Part shown: positions 38,351 to 50,999 of the stretch, in pieces | How the letters are laid out: every line of letters starts with the position of its first letter | Numbering within the stretch: position 1 is the stretch's first letter | Notes under the pieces: generated by a model | Database searches by the model: none | What the model saw: the letters and a program-made list of their open reading frames with translations, nothing else | What the model was told of the DNA's origin: nothing | Program-made: the position numbers and the translations under genes | From: Raillietiella orientalis | Taxonomy: Eukaryota | Length of the DNA stretch: 64,000 bases | Direction of reading: 5' to 3' | Assembly (NCBI GenBank): GCA_036172245.1 | Contig: JAYWIR010000010.1 | Span: forward strand, 2,294,001-2,358,000

Positions 38351-39819
38351 GGCCGCTCTCGGAGGTCGGGGGACCGATGGACGCCTGCAGGGGTAAGGGG
38401 GGAACGGGCTCGGGCAGCGCGGAGCTCGGAGGCGCGAGCAAAGACAATCGCGTTCCTCTGCTCCAGCGCAGACTCCAGCATCCTGGATCCGGAACCGGAG
38501 ACAGAGAGCCCGGAACTCCCGGACAAGCCTGAGAAGCGGTCCGGACAAAGGCGCTAAGGGCCACCGGGGCGGGCGGACGCCCATGTGTCTGAGAGTCGAG
38601 GTGGCGGCAGCACGGGAAGGGAGCTGCGGAACGCTAGCCGGGACGCGTCCTCGCGTGCCAACCGGGATGTCCTCACAGCTTCCCCTGCGAATTGGCTCGA
38701 TCTCCTCCATGGTCCGTGGATGCAGTGGACGAGCGCGCGCTCGGCAGGCGAGCTCGCGCGGACGAAGGCCTAGGGGATGCTCTCGGGCAGCAATGATTCG
38801 ACGAGCCTCGCGGCCTTTTTTCTATGTGAGGGATCCGGAGGACGGGACGCCGGCCTTCCCGTCAGCTCCCGGGAACGAGCGCCGCAACCTCGCGAGCGGC
38901 TTCCTTTCCGAGACTTTCCCGATTTTCTTCCTGGCAAGTGGCGTCCACACCGCCAGTTCCGAGCCTGAGTAGCCGCCTCGGAACTGGCGGCGTGGACGGC
39001 CAAAAAAACTGGCGGCTGCCAAAGAAGGAGACGAGGAGGAGGAGGGGGATGGGGAATGAGAAGAAGGAAGCGAGAGACTCCAGCAAACCAGAGACGGTGG
39101 ACCGCGATGGAGCTGCAACCGCGGGAGCTTGCTGTTCCCCTGCTCCAAGCAGACCCTGCTGCTTTTGTCTCCCCGCAGGGGGATGCCTTCCATTGATGAA
39201 TGGCTGCGTAACCGGGAACGCATCTCTATGAATAAATTAAACGTCAATCAACAGGGGAGGTCCCGGTTTTCTTCGGGATTCCGCGAAGCGAGGAGGACTT
39301 GGTGGCAGTGCAAACGCGTCTTCGAAGCACCTGCCCGATAGAGACGCGTCCCCCGTGCGTGCTCGCCGGGTTCCTCCCTGCTGGCGCTTCGCCCCCAAGG
39401 CCAGGTGTCTTCCAGCCTCTTCCCTCTTTAATCCGAAATTAAATGCGGATTGCGAGAGAACCAGAGGCACCTCCTCGGATTAACTCATCTCAAGGTCCCG
39501 GGAAGGTGCTGCAGCGCTCTTTCCCGTTCCTTGATTGTGTTTTCGTACCGAAGAGAATCCCGAATCCAGGTGCATGGAAGCAGGAGAACCTCTCCCGGAA
39601 GATGAAGTCATCGGACAAAGCGGTTCCCGGCTTTGGGAACACTCAGCTCATCTGCTCGGGTAGTCGGAACGGAGCGCACGAATGCAAGAGCGACGCCGTC
39701 ATCCGACGGATGGCGACACATTCGTCGAGCTGATGACGCGGCGCGCTTGCCTCGGGCAGCTTCCGTTCCTCCGCGGAGATCGGCAGCAGAACGGTTTCGA
39801 AACTTCACGGTTTCGACAC

Positions 39820-40100
39820 TTCCCTGGAAAATGCTGCGCCGAGCCGCGCCGGTCAGATCGCTCGCGCCTCCGATCGCGCCACTTACTCGTGATTTCATTC
39901 TCCATTCACGGCTGCTGCCGTCTTTAACATCGACAGGTCGTAACCTGTTCGAGCACGCCAGACCGATCGCAATCATGGAGAGATGCGTCTACTCTAAGAT
40001 GCCATTTACCGAGGTTTATGTCGGAACGCTTCTGCTTCGTGGACACGGGCGACAGTTTTCCTGCCTGCACTTCCCGATGGCTTGTCCCTGTTCGTAAAGG
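39820..40100 (+). mobile_element. Degenerate LINE RT fragment
   Basis: LPWKMLR...EHARPIAIMERCVYSKM resembles WK.A...NYRPI.L....K. Confidence 0.3.
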
Positions 40101-40649
40101 GGATGGGGAGCGGGAGAGGGAAAAAGAATGGGAGTGACGAAGCGCACATCCGAATGCACCGTTCGTTGCGAAGGTGAAAAGCTGGAAGCCGTCGGCAACG
40201 AATGCCGTCTTCTTCCGTGGTCTCACTCTCCTCTCCGGGAGAGGCGAAATGCCGGCGCTCTCACGTGATCCTCAATCCGAGCTCGCGAATTCGCATGTCG
40301 CAAATCCAGATTGCCCGTTTTCGGCGAGACGCATCTCCCAGAGCGATCGCAGGGAATTTCTGGTGTGCGGCGTTCTTCCTGTTCGTTTTGAACGGAGCCG
40401 TAATTCGTGCCACCGCGATCACGGTCTCCTACGCTACGGGGAGCCGGAAACTAACTGACCAGAGGACAAGTGGGAACATGCGTCGCACACGGAGCGGTTT
40501 CTCCTTCCCCTCCTTGGACTGCGCGCGTTCTCCCCGCAACGCGGAGCCGACGTGAACATCAGCGCTTAACGGTCAGTTACCCGATCGACATGAGCAGTTA
40601 ATGGAACTCCAGGAAAGCACCAGCCCGTCTCGGAAACAACCAAAGAGCA

Positions 40650-41500
40650 TTCTTAGACTGTGGCTCAATTCCTAGGCACTCTCCAATGGAACGATGGAAA
40701 ATGGGACTTCATGCAGTGCGTAGCTTTGGCAACCACAACGAGAAGCTTGACTTCTCAGTAAGCAAAACCTTGTGACTAAGCTGCCAGATGTAGGGTGATT
40801 TCCTTATCAGTGATGTGTAACGCGCTTTTCGTTCTAGAAAAGGAGAAATGGGCCACTGGGATGTCTTCACGAGCATCGCTAGTGCAGAAAGTGGCCACAC
40901 GTGGTCAGTGGAAGCGAACGTCAGCCACCCGCACAGTCACCCGCCACAGTTCTTTTTCTTCGGCTGCAAACTGATTTTCCTTTCAACTCTGGCTATGGGG
41001 TGATCTTGGAGCCCGGAGAAATTTATTTTCGAAAAACGCTTCGGGTGCTGACCTTACACCGAGATGAGAATTCTGAAGGGAAAAGGGAAAAACGGAATTC
41101 CAAAAGAGAATGTAAAACGCTAAGGTCTCTATGGTTCGCATCTTCGGAAAAAAAGCCTGCGAAAGGATTTCGACCGACTTTTCGTCCTCCCGTCTTATGG
41201 GATGCTTACGCCGTCTGTGAGAACGCATGCCTTTTGCCTTGAACGATACGTTCGTGTGTGCAAGGACGCTGGAAGGTTCATCCTGAAAGACACGCTCAAG
41301 GCAGCTACGTCTTCCACCAGCTACATCATACGGGCGTAAGCCTCAGTGGTGGGAAACGACCGCGATCTCTTCCTTTCATGTAAGCAGGCGGGCTGAAACT
41401 CTGCAATCAGTTTATCAGTTCATATTAAGAGATTCTGCGGAAACAGATCTGCTTCCGCGGGATCGCTTCATACGAACCCGAATAGAATATTGATTCCATT
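40650..41500 (-). mobile_element. Ty3/Gypsy RT/RNase H remnant
   Basis: QWPISPFLERKARYTSLIRK resembles PIAFFS.....E.RYS..DRE. The upstream NILFGF resembles TPFGL. Confidence 0.35.
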
Positions 41501-42350
41501 CGTGTTCGAATCGACCATTTTCATTTTTCCGGTTCGGTCATCTGCGGCGCATCGCCATTGGCAGCATCCCAAAATGCATCGTTTACATCTGTCTCACATG
41601 TCAATAAAGCATGTGGAAAAACTTTACTGCTCGAGACTGACCTTCGTTCTCTTCCAAACACGTGGATTTTTATGGATCATTTTGCCAAAATTTCGATATT
41701 TAGAAACGGTCACTCAACAGATAGTAAGAGATTATTAGAGATTGAGACGCGCTTACGATGACAGGATTCCCGATTTCAATATCTAAAAACTGCTCGAACT
41801 GGGGTCATTTATTAGTCTACTTTCCCGGAACCCCTCCTTCGACACTTCAATTATCGTGAAGATGAAAACAGAAAGCAAAGGGATTGGACCAGGAAGGACA
41901 GCGCACCTGCACGGGCAGATTTATTCGGGAACCGTTCCACTGAGACTGCAGCTTGACCTTTCTCAGCACCACACGAGAGGAGATGCTTGAGAGGTTCCTT
42001 GGACTCCATTTCACCTTCAAGAAATTTAAGTGCCCAGTCTCAGATCAGGGAGTTTACGACCTAATGGTTCAAATAAACAGCAGCGGGCGATAACACGAGG
42101 CAGGGGTACCATGCATGATGCCACGATTTCAGAACACACTCTGTCATGAGAAGACATGCCCATCGTACGCCTTTTAAAACACACAGGGTAAAATTCACGT
42201 TAAGGGGACCATTAGCGATCTTCGTAATCTCGGAAAAGATCGGTTTTGATATGTGAATTCTTTCGTGAAACATCCATAAAACACAGTCACGAATGTCGGT
42301 CTCCTGTGCAACGCATCGTTGCATACGAGACCGGGAAGAAATCTTCTATG
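41500..42350 (-). mobile_element. Degenerate LINE RT fragment
   Basis: The spacing of DCVLWMF...GPLNV..VLKGVR...WYPCLVLSP matches D.VFLD.../G....I..FL..R/GVPQG.VLSP. Confidence 0.35.
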
Positions 42351-43149
42351 TTAAAAGCTGTTGTCAAGGTGCAGCAGCAAGAAGCTGTCTTCTTGTGAGA
42401 AATGAGACGGCGGCTCAACGAGACCCGATCCTTTTTGCGCTTCAGCAAACGAAGGGTACAGGACTGTGCCCAGTCAAAGGAACAGACCAGGGAGTCAGCC
42501 CACGAAACGACCGCAAGAGGGCGGCAGGGGGTTCGAACGGGCAGCGGGGAAAACGCATCTGCTCAGCTTCCTCAAACGATTTTGGAAGATGCAGCTGCGT
42601 CGGTCTCGAAGCACCCGTCTCCAGACACCCACGATTTCGCGACAACCCAGACGACAATGTCCACCGCAAAGCTTCTTCGGGACCATGCGGAAGAACAGGG
42701 TGCCCGCGGCTTTGGGGGATTTCGGAAAAAGGTCCACATGGTTCTTGGAGATCCTCCGCATTCCCAAACTCCTTAGTTCGGTACTAGGATCTTGTCGTGA
42801 TCGGAGGCTTGGTGGTAATGCGCGCGTTTCACCGATTTCACCGAGGTGGCGAGTACTATCTCTCTCTCTCTCTCGAAGAGATTTTGGCGCTTCGTTGTTT
42901 CAGAGGCAAACTGCTGAAACTTTGGCTGCGCTGACCTCGATGAATTCCCTGGCTCTGCCGATGACACGGAACCACCAGGAGAGCCGCTCACCCTCTCTCT
43001 CCCAGCGGGCGCAACCATTTCCCTTAGATGTCTCGCGAAATGAAGTTTTTCTGGTCGAGGTCCACTGGAATCGAGGACGGCTGGAGGTGGTCAGAGGACG
43101 TGGAAGATCGGCTCGGTCACTCTTGAAACCCTGCTAGCTGCAGAGCATC

Positions 43150-43900
43150 ATCGCACGACCCACCTGCCGAGCTGATTGCTGAAGGAATGCCCTCCAGAGT
43201 ATGCGTGCGCCCTCACGCGAAATTCGCATAACTGGCTTTTTATTGGTTTCGGGATCGGAAGGATGCTGATGATGGGCGTAAATAATTTGCGAGATCGGGG
43301 GGACGACGCACTCCTTTCGCTACCACCAAACCAGAGGAAAAAGTGGCAAAAGAGGACGCGCATCCTCGAAGGAAACTCGTTTCGAATGGCGCGCGCCCCT
43401 TCTCCGGAAGATTTCTGCTCCTGTGGAAGCTGGCTCTCCGGGGGAACACCCACGCGCAGTCGAGTTCTGGGCCAGCTCCTCGCTGCCAGAAGACAGTCCC
43501 CGCAATCCCTATCACCGCGAGGAAGACCGAAAGGTTCCCGGCCCCCGAGGAGGAACCTCGAACTCCCGAAAGGGTGGTGATCCCGGTGCGTTTCCAATCG
43601 AGAACGCGCGGAGCATTCCCACGCAGTTCCCCTTTGGCTGGAGGAGAGATCGAGCTCTTCCCGTCCCGAAAACGAGGGCGATTTCTCTGGAAAGTTCTTG
43701 AGAAGATCTCTAAGAACCGCCGCGTGTGGTGTGGACCATTCGACTCTCTTCGGGCATCCTTCGTCGGTCATGAGCAGCCCGCATCACCGCGACAACAAAG
43801 AGTCCCTGGCGCTCCGAAACAACGTGAAGAAGGAACAGACAACCGAGAAGCCCAAGGCTGTTTGGGGGCATCGTTTGTCGGATCCTTGGGAAATCTCTAG
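43150..43900 (+). mobile_element. Degenerate LINE (CR1/L2-like) RT fragment inside a GC-rich block
   Basis: LLKECPPEYACALTRNSHNWL (compare LKECA.ELA.PL..IFN.SL), and later RGRFLWKVLEKISKNRRV (compare G..L.WI..FL..R...V). Confidence 0.45.
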
Positions 43901-46900
43901 CGGGATGTGGAAAAGCGTGCCCGGGCCCGCCAGCACCCATCGGAGATGGCCTTGCGCAGCAGGAGTTCCTCGGGAAGCGGGTCACGGGCGATTGACATCA
44001 GATCCGGAGACATAACTGAAGTAGGGGATGGATCCCGGAAGCCGGTTCCCTGTTCTTGGGAAAGAGAAGAGAGATACGCAGTTCCAAGAGGAGCAGGAAT
44101 CCCTACTTGGATCCTCCGGCAGGTTTATAGGTTCCAGAGTGGATGGGAGCTTGCGAGGGATCGCCAGAGCAGCCTCGGGGACTGCGGGACCCGAAACCCG
44201 GTGCTTCTCCGGGTCACCCAGAAGCACCGAGCACCGTTCTGTGGTGGAGGGAGTCTTCCTCCAAACTCCGCACCGCGACCCAGAGAGGGTCAGCGCGCAC
44301 GCGCACGCGCATCGGAGCTGGGAGCGTGGGCTGCACGTGCGCTTCCGTGCTGCAGGAGGAGGAAGGAAAGAAGCAGAACAGCTTTCCCGTTCGGGTTGGT
44401 CGGGCGGCTTCCATGTTCACCCGTTCCCTTTCGCCCAAGTGCTCCGGACGCGTCTGTGAACGCACAGGTTCGTCGCAGGTCGATCGGGATTCGGGATTGG
44501 AACCCGGGGAGAGATCGAAATCTCCTTCTCCTTGTTCTGCCCCAGCATCTTCCGCAGGAGCGGATCTCCCTGTCCCACACCCGCGCCCCACGACTAGCAA
44601 AAAGAGTTTTTGCGTCATCCGCTCTGTCGGGGTCAGCGGAAAGGAGTCCCCAGAATTCCCTCTTTCCCCTAGCTCCCTCTCCCCCACTTGCCCCCGCCGA
44701 CCGGACGCGTCCCCTGCTTCGCGGGCGGCGACCACCGCTGCGCGTGGCTGCATCCTCTTCTTGCGAAACGGGAACCTTGACTCTCCCGGGCAAACACGAG
44801 ACTCTGGAAGACGGCGGCAGCGGCACAGGTTCTTGCGACATCCGGGGGGGGGGGGAGGCGTTGCACACGGAAAGCCCGGAAGCGGCGACGGCGGCGGCAA
44901 CGACGACAGCAACACGATGCGCCGCTCCTCGACTCACCGGATCGACCCGTCATTTCAACACGATCGCAAGATGCTCTCTCTCGCGCACGCTCACTCACAT
45001 ACGCGCGCGCGCACACTCTCATCTCCTTTTCCTACTCTCCTCCTTACAGCCACGCAAGAATCCCTACTGCGGGGCAGGAGGAGGCGAAAGGTTCTCTCGC
45101 GCGCGAAACGACACACCCGAAAGAACGACGAGAGCAAGAAAGGTTCGATCCGACGTCTCGGATCTCCTCTCAGCTTTCCCTCCTCGCCGCTGCGGCATCT
45201 GCGGCATCGTCGTCGACTTCCTCCCTCCTTTCTTTCTTCCTCCTCCTCCTCCTCCTCCTCTTCCTCCTATCCGAGCACATGCACCCTCCCTCCCTTTTCG
45301 TGTCGCTCCTCTCCTTCTCTCTCCCCCTCTCCCCATCCCGGGGCTTCGCTACGAGGAGACAGAGAAGCGGTTCCGTTCCACGACGAAGGCGCGGGGGTGG
45401 TGACACAGAAAGGGGCAGTCTACTGAAGGGATTCACTCTTCCCTTTCGCCGCCCTTGCCCCTTTCTGAACGGGTGGATGGACTCCAGAAGGTTCGTTGAG
45501 CGCACTCGAGGAGGCGGAGGGTCTCTCTCCACAGAGAGCGCAAGAACGAGGGGGAAGTGGAGGGGGACAAGCCAGAAGTCGCCGGCTCTTCAGTGGTCTG
45601 GCGAAATGGGACAGTCTGCCCCCACCCACCTCCATGCGCCCTCTTCGCCACACTGTTAGTTCCAGAGCCCTTCATCAGGGAAGATGTCACGCGGGGGGAG
45701 ATATATCCCTGGCAAGAAACAGAGCGTCCCCGACTCCACGAAGAAGCCATCGTACGGCAGGGGGGAGGGGGAGCCGCATTGTCCTGGACCCCCTCCTCCA
45801 CAAGGGTGCATACGGCTCCTGGATGCTCCCTGCCGGCTACCGAGAGCAGCGGGAAGATGGAAGGGAGATGTGCATCCTGTAACCATCGAGGGAAGAAAGG
45901 GGAGGGCGAAGACGGGAACGCCCGAGAAAGGAGTCGGAAGCACTGCATCGCCGACCTGCTTCGCGGAAGGGGTGGGCGGATAGGAATGAGCGTATAGCGT
46001 TTCCCTGCCGCGCCTCCTCCTCGGCTTGGCGCATCGTCCCTCTGACTCCCCTGGAGCCCGCAGCGCGCATCCCCCGTTCGCCCTCGTCGCGTGAGAATCG
46101 GCGAAGGGGGAAAGGAGGGCGGCGAAGGAAAGCCCAAGGATGAAAGGGGGAGTACCCTTTCTGCGCGCACGCGCCAGTGGATCGACCTACTTCCGCGAGA
46201 GCCCTCCCATCCACGAGGGGGTGGAGCCCCATCGGACTTCGTCTCCGGGAACGCGGCGGCGGGGTCGAGTGCTTGGGGAGAGAGCCCCAGGCACTCGGGG
46301 GCTCGTCTGGGACTCCCCTCCCCTTTACAGGACATCCAGATGCTCAGGATGGGACACCCGGCATCCCTTCCCCTGCCCTCTCCTCCCATATCCTTCCATG
46401 ACCACCCTCTTCGCCCCTGGCCGTCTCCAGACGGCGGCAGCGGCAGCGGCAGCGGCGGAGCGCATGCAGGTGTTGCCCCGGTTAGTCATCCTCCGCGATG
46501 ACGCAGAACGCGCCCGGAGGGAGAGCGCTCCGGGACAGCTCCTGGAGTTTCCACCGCCTCCTTCCCGGGAACCAAGGAGCTCCCATCTCCCATCCCCCCT
46601 GTCCGCTCGCAGCAGTCTCTCCCCGGAAGAGGCGGTGGGGCTCCAGGGGAGGGGAGCAGGAGTGAACCTTCCCCACCCCGCAGTCCTTCCACGCTCTCCG
46701 CTTCCTGTCGACGGGACGTGAGCGCGCGCGCACCGATGAGGCCGTCTCGCCCGCGTTGTACGCACCGGCAAGGAACGTCGCACCGCGTGTGTTCCGCGCC
46801 TTGGAGCAAGGAGGGAAGCAGAAGAAAAAAAAACAAGGGGGGAAGAAAGAGGGGGGGGGGAGGAGGGAAAGAAGGGAGAGAGAGAGAAGCGGCAAGGTCG

Positions 46901-49900
46901 CTGTTACGACACGCTGCGGTTGCGAAGCAGACAGGTGGCCTGGTTGACCTTGGAAGGAGCTGTGGATGAAATCTGGGATGAGCGGCGCCGCCGCCGCCGC
47001 CGCCGCCATGCTGCCGAAGGAGGGGGGGGCGCGTAGGCGGGTCCGACGCATGCTCAGGGAAGGAAAGAAGACTACCGTTCTTCCCGACTCCCTCCCTGCC
47101 TGCTCTCTCGCCCTCTCTCCCCTCGAAGGACACCTCCAGGAGAAGGAAGGGACATCCCAGCCCTTCGACCCCCGGGTTCCGGGGATGCTTTCCGGGAAGC
47201 AGCGGTTTTGAGGTGAGGCATGCGCGGAGACTGTAGCTGGGGGCGAAGGAGGGACTGGGCCCCGCCGCGGCGGTTGCAGGGGAACGCAGAAGCGTTCGAA
47301 GCAGGCCCGGAGAGCACGCGGGAGGCTGAACCGCGGATCGGGACCTCACGGAGGCACGCGGGGAAGGAGGGAGGCAGATGGAACACGCAAGAATCTCCTC
47401 GCACTTGCACGCGCCCTCCGGCACCCTTGCGACCTCGGCGGATGAGTGGAAAAGGACAACTCCCCACCCCACCCCTTCCCACCCCATCCGCCGGCTGCAG
47501 CGGCTTCGCGCCGACCCTGCCGGGCTCATTTTGCTTCCAGGTCAACCCTCACAAGGAAGGGGGCGCGGCGGGATGACTTGGTTCCTTCCATCTCTTCCCT
47601 CTGCTCGCGACGCTCTCGGCATGCCCTCGGGTGTGCCCTCCCCCCGATCACGAAAAGAAAGGGGAACGGAGAGCGAGTATCAATCCTCAAAGGAAGGGGA
47701 CGGGCAAGAGGTCATCATCCCCAGCCTCAGGAGAAAGGGCAGGATGAGGACGGCTCAACCGCGCGAGCCAGAGGCAACGGGTGTCTTCGCGGAAGAAAAG
47801 GTTAGGGGGAGGGAGGAGGGAGTGGACGGGCGCATGCACGCGTGGTCATCGTCACGGAGACTGGAGAGGAGGCGCGAGTGGTCGAGATTATACCTTCTTC
47901 TCCCACCCCTACACCGGAGGGCCGATGACGAGCCTCGACTCACGAGTCCTCGTGGTCCGCGTGCGCTGCAGTTGATCCCCCCCCCCTCCGCCTCTCCCTC
48001 TTCCTTTGTTCGACGGGGATGCTAGGGAGCAATCGAAGTCCTTTCTTTCTATGGGGAAGGAGGCACACAGTACTACTCCTGGTCTCAGAGGTGGAGGGAG
48101 AAGATGACGGAGGTGGGGAGGAGGTGGATGGGTAGGAGCGTTTTTGTTTTTAGACTCGTCAGGGTCCGTCCCGCGCGCACGTGGATTTGCGCACGCGCCC
48201 TCTTCTTCCATCCCCCCCCCCCTCTTTCCCCCCTCCTCCGCACTCACCTGTCACGCTGAGCAGAGACATCTACCTCCCTCCTCTGCTGTTGCTGTTGGGA
48301 TGCTGAGGCCCGTCACGACGCGTCGTCACCTCCCGCGGCAGCTTCCCGCGACACATGTCCGTCCCGCGGCGTGGCGTCCGCCGCCGCACGGGCGAAGGGC
48401 GGGAGGCTGATAGGGTCGGTGGATTGAGGGAGGCTGCCGAGTGGGGACTGGAGGGCGGCAGAGCCGAGAGGGAGGGGAGGGAGGGGGGGGACGACCGGGG
48501 GAAGATGGCGTGAGAGCGAAGAGGGGAGGGTGCGGAGACGATGCGGCACCGCCGTGCGAGGCACCACCACCACCACTACTACTGGCGAGACGTCGACGGC
48601 ACCCTCTGTCGGGGAGCGTCCCTCTTTCGCTGTGGCTGCGGCCGCGGCTTGCGCGCACGAGGACCGGGACTGCGGCAGCTGTCCGACGGCGAGGGGCACC
48701 CAGACGGGAAGAAGCTACCCGGAGGACATCTTGCTTTCCCCCTTCGAGAAGTGCCAATTAATACGCGCGCGCTCCCGACGCGCATGCCCGGAGACAGGTG
48801 ATGCGCGCCGGGCCCGTGCGCAGCCAGCGAGCCGAGTCGTCGACGCTGCCTGTGGGATCGATACGGGCGCCTCCCCGTGCGCGCGCGTGCTCCTCCTCGC
48901 GGACTTCCCTGAGAAGGAAGAATCACGTGGGATTCGCCGAGGGCGGCAGGTGTCACGCTTCTTCCTTCCTGCCCTTCCCCTATCCACCTCCGATCGTCGC
49001 AGGGACGCTCATCGGGAAGGGACAGAAGGCTAGCCGTTCCCTCGCGCACGCATCGAGTTTGCTTTTCTGGAAGGAATGACGTTTCCCCTTCCCTCTCGCC
49101 TCCCGAAAAGGATAGGCCGTCACCAGCCACCCATTCCTCCCTCCCTCAGCGGCATTTCCCTCTTCTTCGGGGACTGGATAAACCAGTCCCGAGGGAACGA
49201 GCGGTTCTGGCTCCCATGGTATGCTGCCGTCCCCTTTCCCGTCCTTCGCTGCAAACACACAAGGAGCGTGTGCGACGTCCCACTCCGGACTTCCTGTTCC
49301 TCCCTTTTCTTCTGGGATTCCTCTCCTTCGCCCGCATCTTCCTCCATTTCTCCTCCTCGTCCCCTCTTCCCTTTCTCTTGCTCTTCCTCATCTCCTTCCC
49401 GCTACCGGCCGACCTCACCCTTTCTCAGCGCTCCTGTACTGCCCTGAGGGACGTCTCTACTTAGCCCATCTTGCCCCCCTCTTTCCCTGGAGGTGCAGCG
49501 TGGCGCTGCATGAGAAGGACCCTCATGGAAGACTGGCCATGAGGGTCGTCAGCTTCTCAGAAGAAACTCGCAAGAGAAGGTCTCCATCCCATTATCGGGA
49601 ACCGGGAGTTTCGGTGCTCTGTACGAAAACCGGTTCGGAAGCCGCCGGTCTCCGTGTGCCCCTTCCCTCCTAGCGAGGGGAGACATCCTCATCATGAGTG
49701 GATGCCCCGGGAAGAACATTTTTGCAAGCGGGGAACTCGGTGATCTGAGCCCCGAAAGGAAGGTGGCAGGACGATGGGACTTCTGGTCCACATTACGATC
49801 GGCGAGGTACCGGGCAACTCTATGCACCCTCCGCGTCGGGCAGCGTAGCAAAAATGTCAACCCTTGCGTGAAAGGAACGTTTCTCCCTGCCCTCGTCTCT

Positions 49901-50999
49901 CTCTCACTCTTGCCGCTTCCCTTCCCCTACCGTCTCGACTCCATCTCTCCTTATTTTTCCCCTGCGGGAGAATCTTCAGGCGCCATCTCGGACGACGAGA
50001 TCCCACGACGACAGGAAGAGCGAACTCCCGACTCGGCTGCGGAGACATTTTCCTCCGGTCCTCGTTGCTTCTCGCGTTTCTGTAAGCCAACCAGCTGACC
50101 TTTAGTGAGCCACAGAACAATGGAGAGCCAATTTTCCCTTCAGAGGCTACTTACAGACTTGATGAGCACAACTGTAGTTTCTCAGGTCCCTCAGAAAAGG
50201 CCCTTTGGACTTCACAAATATTTGGTAACAGGAGCATCATAGTGTTCTCTATTGTTTTTCCAGCTGTGGATTCCTTTTCCCTGTGCTTGAATCCACTTCC
50301 TATCTCTTCATGAATCGCCTTCGGTGCCTCCCTCTGGTTTTCGTGAAATCCTGCGTCCAGTGTTGTTCTTCTGCTGCACGTTCCCGAATTCCAGGGAATT
50401 CAGGAACATGCTTGTCCTTGCCTCCGTTACGTACGATCGCGAGCATCTGAGTAAGCATGCCTTCAACACTGAGGTGCGATGAGATTCCATGTTTACGTAT
50501 TGTTCAACTTCCTTAAATCTTTATACATAAAGTCTCATTTTCCCGATCAGCAATTTAAAGCATGAAAGTCTGAATTTGTTCCTCCTTTTACTGATTCAAA
50601 TCGCCAAAACACAAAGATTATTTTGTATCCAAGTTTTTAGGAGTGCCTCAATCGCTCTTGCTCGATTTGTTTACACCACATTTATGTCACGTTAGATAAC
50701 ACAAAGATGATATCTATTTATGTCGCATTCTATGCATTTCCAGGATCAAGAAAAATAAAATACCGGTTGCTGTTCTTCTTTCCAAGATGCAGTAATAATA
50801 TCAGTGTCGGATGTCGTTTAGAATTTGCAATCAGGTATAAGAGTTAAGTGTTCGTAATTATGTTGCAAGATGCTAATTATTATGCAACCGTGAGTCATGG
50901 AATCAAAACATATGAATATAAAATTTCTCATACAGTTATTTGAGATCATAAGCAGTACCCTCACAATCCCCTCCCCAGATGATCTCCATGTAGGATTAA

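Noticed and set aside
39880..39905. A third phase-1 mini-exon candidate (MENEIT|GTAAGT, minus strand)
   Set aside because: It lies within a putative LINE RT fossil on the opposite strand and is probably a chance match.
43907..45426. Long overlapping ORFs (498 aa and 427 aa)
   Set aside because: Several frames on both strands are open at once. The translations are low-complexity R/S/P/G-rich sequence with no recognisable domain, as expected from stop-codon scarcity in GC-rich, TA-poor DNA.
45433..47529. ORFs of 318 and 347 aa with poly-Ala/Gly runs
   Set aside because: The runs derive from GCG/GGCAGC microsatellites; there is no conserved domain or convincing exon structure.
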